The notes below the pieces were generated by a model that saw nothing but the letters and a program-made list of their open reading frames with translations, searched no databases and had not been told where the DNA came from. Source: a bacterium (lineage in GTDB: Bacteria > UBA8248). Taken from it: a stretch of 64,000 bases of DNA. Position 1 is the stretch's first letter; each line of letters starts with the position of its first letter. Below, piece by piece: positions 60,131-64,000 of the stretch. Location of the stretch: assembly GCA_965219955.1 (NCBI GenBank), contig OZ244799.1:4192001-4256000 (forward strand), read 5' to 3'. Position numbers and translations under genes: made by a program.

Positions 60131-61195
60131 TTAAGCGGACGTATCCGCTTCCTCATCCTTCGCGCTTGCGTCCCAAAGCTCCCGCTGAACCCCCTGGGGC
60201 AGCGCGACGCCCAGGAGCGCATACGCCGCCGATGGCGCGCGCCTGCCGCCGCGCGTGCGCTGTACGAAACCCGCCCGCAGCAGGAACGGCTCCACCATGT
60301 CCACCAGGGTGTCCGACTCCTCGTTCATGGTGGCGGCGATGGCCTCCACCCCCACGGGGCCGCCGCCGTATTGGTCGATGATCGTCCGCAGATATTTTCT
60401 GTCCAGCGCGTCGAGGCCCAGTTCGTCCACGCCCTCCATGGCGAGCGCCTCGCGCGTCGAGGAGAGGCTGATGGCGCCGTCGCCCCGCGCCTGGCAGAAA
60501 TCGCGCGTCCAGAGCAGGAGCCGGTTCGCCGTCCGGGGCGTGCCACGGCTTCTTTGGGCGAGTTCGCGCGCCGCCTCCTCTTCTATCGGGGCGTCGAGGC
60601 GCACGGCGCTCCTGAGGAGGATCTGCACGAGTTCCTCCTCGGAATAGAAATCCACGTGATAGACGAGATAGAAGCGCTCTCTCAAGGCGGCTGTCAGGGC
60701 GCCGGGGCGCGTTGTGGCGCCCACGCCCGTGAATATCTTGAGCGGGAAGTTGATGGTGCGGGCCATGGGGCCGCGGTCGACGACGAAATCCACGCGGTAG
60801 TCCTCCATCGCGGGGTAGAGGAATTCCTCCACCGCGCTGGGCATCCGGTGGATCTCGTCGATGAACAGCACGTCGCCCTGCTGTAAGCCCGTGAGGATTC
60901 CCATGAGGTCGGCCGGTCTGGAGAGGGAGGGGCCGGAGGTCTTGACGAGGCGCGTGCCCATCTCTTCCGAGATGATGTGCGAGAGCGTGGTTTTCCCCAG
61001 ACCCGGCGGTCCGTGGAAGAGGATGTGGCCCAGGGGTTCGTTTCTCCTGCGCGAGGCTTCGAGCGCAATCCGCAGCTTGGCCACCAGGTCGGTCTGGCCC
61101 ACGTATTCTTCGAGCCTCGTGGGCCTGAGCGAGGTGAAGGTTCGCTCCTCCGCCGGGCTCGCCGCCTTGGCGCTCACGCGCCGCTCGATGACCAT
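60131..61195 (-). CDS. ruvB: Holliday junction helicase RuvB
   Basis: LRP..EYVGQ, GPPGLGKTT, LFIDEIHR, SRGTPR. Confidence 0.97.
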   Translation of the reverse strand: MVIERRVSAKAASPAEERTFTSLRPTRLEEYVGQTDLVAKLRIALEASRRRNEPLGHILFHGPPGLGKTTLSHIISEEMGTRLVKTSGPSLSRPADLMGILTGLQQGDVLFIDEIHRMPSAVEEFLYPAMEDYRVDFVVDRGPMARTINFPLKIFTGVGATTRPGALTAALRERFYLVYHVDFYSEEELVQILLRSAVRLDAPIEEEAARELAQRSRGTPRTANRLLLWTRDFCQARGDGAISLSSTREALAMEGVDELGLDALDRKYLRTIIDQYGGGPVGVEAIAATMNEESDTLVDMVEPFLLRAGFVQRTRGGRRAPSAAYALLGVALPQGVQRELWDASAKDEEADTSA

Positions 61196-61205
61196 GTTTT
61201 TCTCC

Positions 61206-61841
61206 CTACCGGCTCAGCCGGAACACTTCCTGCAGGATGGCTTCTGCCTCCGCGTCCGTTCCCAGCGAGGCGACGGCGCGCTCCACGAGGTTCTCCGCCT
61301 CGGGCGTGCGGTAGCCCAGCTGCCCCACCAGCACGGCCATGACGTCCCCGTACAGGGGCGCGGCCTCTTGACGCTCCGCGGCCGGGAGCGCGACCCCTCC
61401 CATCAGTTGAAGCTCCGCGATCTCCTCTCTGAGCGTCGAGATCACCTGTTCGGCCTTTTTCCTGCCGATGCCGGGCAGCTTGGTGAGCATGGTGGCGTTC
61501 GCCGCCGCGATGGCTTCCGCGATCTGGAGGGGGGGCAGGCTCATCGCCCGCACCCCGCTCTTGGGGCTGATGCCGGGCACCTTGATGAAAGAGAGGAAAA
61601 AGGCTCTTTCTTCCGCGGAGAGGAAACCCACCAGCCGGGGCAGGAGCTGGCCCGTGGCCACGTTTCCCTCCAGGTAGTGATGGGTGTGGAGTTCCACCGC
61701 CTCGCGCGCGCCCATGAGGGCCTGGAGCTCATGCACCGCGTATCCGCCCACCTGTATTTCGTAGGCGACCCCGGTCGGCGTCTTCAGGATGACGCATTCA
61801 GCCTGAACGTCGATGATCTCTCCCGATATCTGCCGGATCAT
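61206..61841 (-). CDS. ruvA: Holliday junction protein RuvA
   Basis: HhH motifs VPGISPK and LPGIGRKKAE; lies between ruvC and ruvB. Confidence 0.93.
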   Translation of the reverse strand: MIRQISGEIIDVQAECVILKTPTGVAYEIQVGGYAVHELQALMGAREAVELHTHHYLEGNVATGQLLPRLVGFLSAEERAFFLSFIKVPGISPKSGVRAMSLPPLQIAEAIAAANATMLTKLPGIGRKKAEQVISTLREEIAELQLMGGVALPAAERQEAAPLYGDVMAVLVGQLGYRTPEAENLVERAVASLGTDAEAEAILQEVFRLSR

Positions 61842-62371
61842 GCGCTGCTCCCGACCGCCTGTTCGCGCCTCAGGTGGCTTCGGTCGATGTGGCAGTAGGC
61901 GGCGGCGATGGCGTCGGCCACGTCGGCGGGTTCGGGCAGATCGTGCAATCGGAGCCGCTGCCGGACCATGTGCTGCACCTGCGACTTCGTGGCGCGCCCG
62001 GCGCCGACGAGCGATTTCTTGATCTCCGTGGCCGCGTAGCTGGCCACCTCTACGCCCGCCTGCGATGCGGCGAGGAAGATCACCCCTCGCGCGTGTCCCA
62101 TGATGATGGAGGTGCGGGGGTGTTTGTAGTGGCTGTAGAGGTTTTCCACGGCCATGACGTCTGGTCCGTGCGTCTCGATGATGTGGGCGAGGTCCTTGTG
62201 CAGTTCATAGAGGCGCTTCTCGATGGGCGCGCTCGGGTCGTTTTTGAGGATGCCGCCGTCCACCAGGCATGGTTCGTATTCGCCCTCATCGAGGCGCAAG
62301 ACGGCGTAGCCCGTCACGCCAAGGCCGGGGTCCACGCCCAGCACGCGGAATGTCTTTTCAGGTTGCGTCAA
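61838..62371 (-). CDS. ruvC: Holliday junction resolvase RuvC
   Basis: LGVDPG, AVE, HARGV, G.GRATK.QV, DVADA. Confidence 0.96.
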   Translation of the reverse strand: MTQPEKTFRVLGVDPGLGVTGYAVLRLDEGEYEPCLVDGGILKNDPSAPIEKRLYELHKDLAHIIETHGPDVMAVENLYSHYKHPRTSIIMGHARGVIFLAASQAGVEVASYAATEIKKSLVGAGRATKSQVQHMVRQRLRLHDLPEPADVADAIAAAYCHIDRSHLRREQAVGSSA

Positions 62372-62402
62372 GAGAAAACCCCACGGGCGGTGGGTTGTGC
62401 GT

Positions 62403-63152
62403 TTATGCGGATGCTTCCGCCATCTGTTCTTCTGAGATGTCGAAGTTCGCGTAGACGTTCTGCACGTCGTCGTTGTCCTCGAGCGCCTCCATGAGGCGGA
62501 GCATCTGCTCCGCTTCCTTGCCCTCGAGCTTCACCGTCGATTTGGGCAGCATGGCGAGTTCGGCCGATTCCGCCGGTATTTCGCTTTGCTCGAGCGCCTC
62601 GCGCACGGTCTCGAACGCATCCGGCGAGGTGTGGATTTCGAACAGATCGTCGGTGGATTCGAAGTCCTCCGCCCCCGCTTCGAGGGCGAGTTCCATGAGC
62701 GTTTCCTCGTCCACGCTCTCCTGGAGGACGAGGAACAGGCCCTTTTTCTCAAAATTCCACGCCACGGCGTTCGGCTCGGCCATGGTGCCGTTGTTCTTCG
62801 TCAGGATGTGGCGGATTTCGGCGCCGGTCCGGTTGCGGTTGTCGGTGAGCACAGAGATGAGAATCGCCACCCCGTTGGGGCCGTAGCCCTCATAGGCGCA
62901 TTCCTCGTAGTTCACGCCTTCGAGGTCGCCCGTTCCCTTGGCGATGGCGCGCGCGATGTTGTCCTGGGGCATGTTGGCCCCTTTCGCCGTCTGAATCGCC
63001 GTGCGCAGCCGGGGGTTGCCGTCGGGGTCTCCCCCGCCGAGCCGGGCCGCGATGGTGATTTCCTTGATGAGTTTGGTGAAAATCTTGCCGCGCTTGGCGT
63101 CGAGTGCGCCTTTTTTCCGCTTGATGGTGCTCCATTTGGAATGACCGGACAT
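62403..63152 (-). CDS. yebC: YebC/PmpR family protein
   Basis: MSGHSKW..IKRKK, YEGYGP.G, DDVQNVY.N. Confidence 0.96.
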   Translation of the reverse strand: MSGHSKWSTIKRKKGALDAKRGKIFTKLIKEITIAARLGGGDPDGNPRLRTAIQTAKGANMPQDNIARAIAKGTGDLEGVNYEECAYEGYGPNGVAILISVLTDNRNRTGAEIRHILTKNNGTMAEPNAVAWNFEKKGLFLVLQESVDEETLMELALEAGAEDFESTDDLFEIHTSPDAFETVREALEQSEIPAESAELAMLPKSTVKLEGKEAEQMLRLMEALEDNDDVQNVYANFDISEEQMAEASA

Positions 63153-63398
63153 GACGGGTACTCCTGCGATTCTCCTGCGGTGGGTTCTATCCCTCTCCAG
63201 CCGAAGGGCATTCGTCTTCATGAGGCATTCTGACTATAATTTCTAGCATGAGGGGCGGTGGGAGTAAAGACTTGAATGATCGGGTGCCGGTTCCCACCAG
63301 AAACATTTCGCGTGGACACTCGTGTGCTGAGGTGATATTTTTCCGCCAGACGTTTCCGGGGAGGATGGGTCCTGAGTGCTCAAAAAACAGTATCATCG

Positions 63399-64000
63399 AT
63401 GAATCCCGTCGAAAGGGGCGTGCGGACCCTCCGGATCGAGGCCGAGGCGCTCGCAGGGCTCATCACCCGGCTGGATGAGGGGTTCATCCGGGCGGTCGAT
63501 ATCGTTCTGGGGTGCAAGGGCAAGGTCGCTGTCACCGGCATGGGGAAGAGCGGTCTGATCGGGCAGAAGATCTCCGCCACACTCGCGAGCACGGGCACGC
63601 CCTCTTATTTTCTGCACGCCGCCGAGGGCGTTCACGGCGATTTGGGCATGGTGACGAAAGACGACGCCGTCGTCGCGCTCTCCTACAGCGGCGAGACGGA
63701 CGAGGTGGTGCGCATACTGCCCGTCTTCGCCCGTCTGGGGGCGCCGCTCATCGCCATCACCGGAACAAAGAACTCCACCCTCTGGCGCGCGGCGCAGGCC
63801 GTACTGAACATTCACGTGAAAGAAGAGGCCTGCCCGATTCAACTCGCGCCCACGGCGAGCAGCACCGCCGCCCTGGCGATGGGCGATGCGCTGGCGATGG
63901 CCGTTCTGGAGGCCCGCGGGTTTCAGCCCGAGGATTTCGCCCGCTTTCATCCCGGAGGTTCAATCGGGAAGAAGCTCATTCGCGTGAAGGAGTTGATGGT
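63399..64000 (+). CDS. kdsD: Arabinose-5-phosphate isomerase KdsD/KpsF (runs off window)
   Basis: Not in track. Manual translation gives VTGMGKSG.IG.KI.ATLASTGTP..FLH.AE..HGDLG, SYSGET, EACP..LAPT, FHPGG. Confidence 0.92.
   Translation, partial: MNPVERGVRTLRIEAEALAGLITRLDEGFIRAVDIVLGCKGKVAVTGMGKSGLIGQKISATLASTGTPSYFLHAAEGVHGDLGMVTKDDAVVALSYSGETDEVVRILPVFARLGAPLIAITGTKNSTLWRAAQAVLNIHVKEEACPIQLAPTASSTAALAMGDALAMAVLEARGFQPEDFARFHPGGSIGKKLIRVKELM

Overview
GC-rich bacterial chromosomal window. Ankyrin/TPR proteins, defence modules and dense repeats resemble host-associated (e.g. sponge) symbionts, but that is inference. From left to right it holds: a lower-GC selA-hydrolase-selB block; a DUF35/histone-H1-like fusion with a CoA transferase; arfB; and a defence island (vsr, GHKL-ATPase restriction nuclease, HgiDII-like C5 methylase, orphan XRE antitoxin, vapBC, fic). 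Next comes a complete IS1111-type (IS110 family) element, whose 3' non-coding end contains a readable bridge/seek RNA with guides matching the REP palindrome it sits in. The middle holds ppk2, transporters, a YchF paralog, ankyrin proteins and an amgK/GNAT/mshA-like/PIG-L/nagZ operon. The right side holds a FadR-led catabolic cluster with tandem bicupins, a divergent B12 acyl-CoA mutase cluster with a 3-sulfinopropionyl-CoA desulfinase-like gene, and yebC-ruvCAB plus kdsD. Intergenic DNA carries at least six REP/MITE families, including TIR-bounded MITEs with swappable REP cargo inserted site-specifically into another repeat family. No rRNA, tRNA or CRISPR array was recognised. All family assignments come from motif recognition, not database searches.
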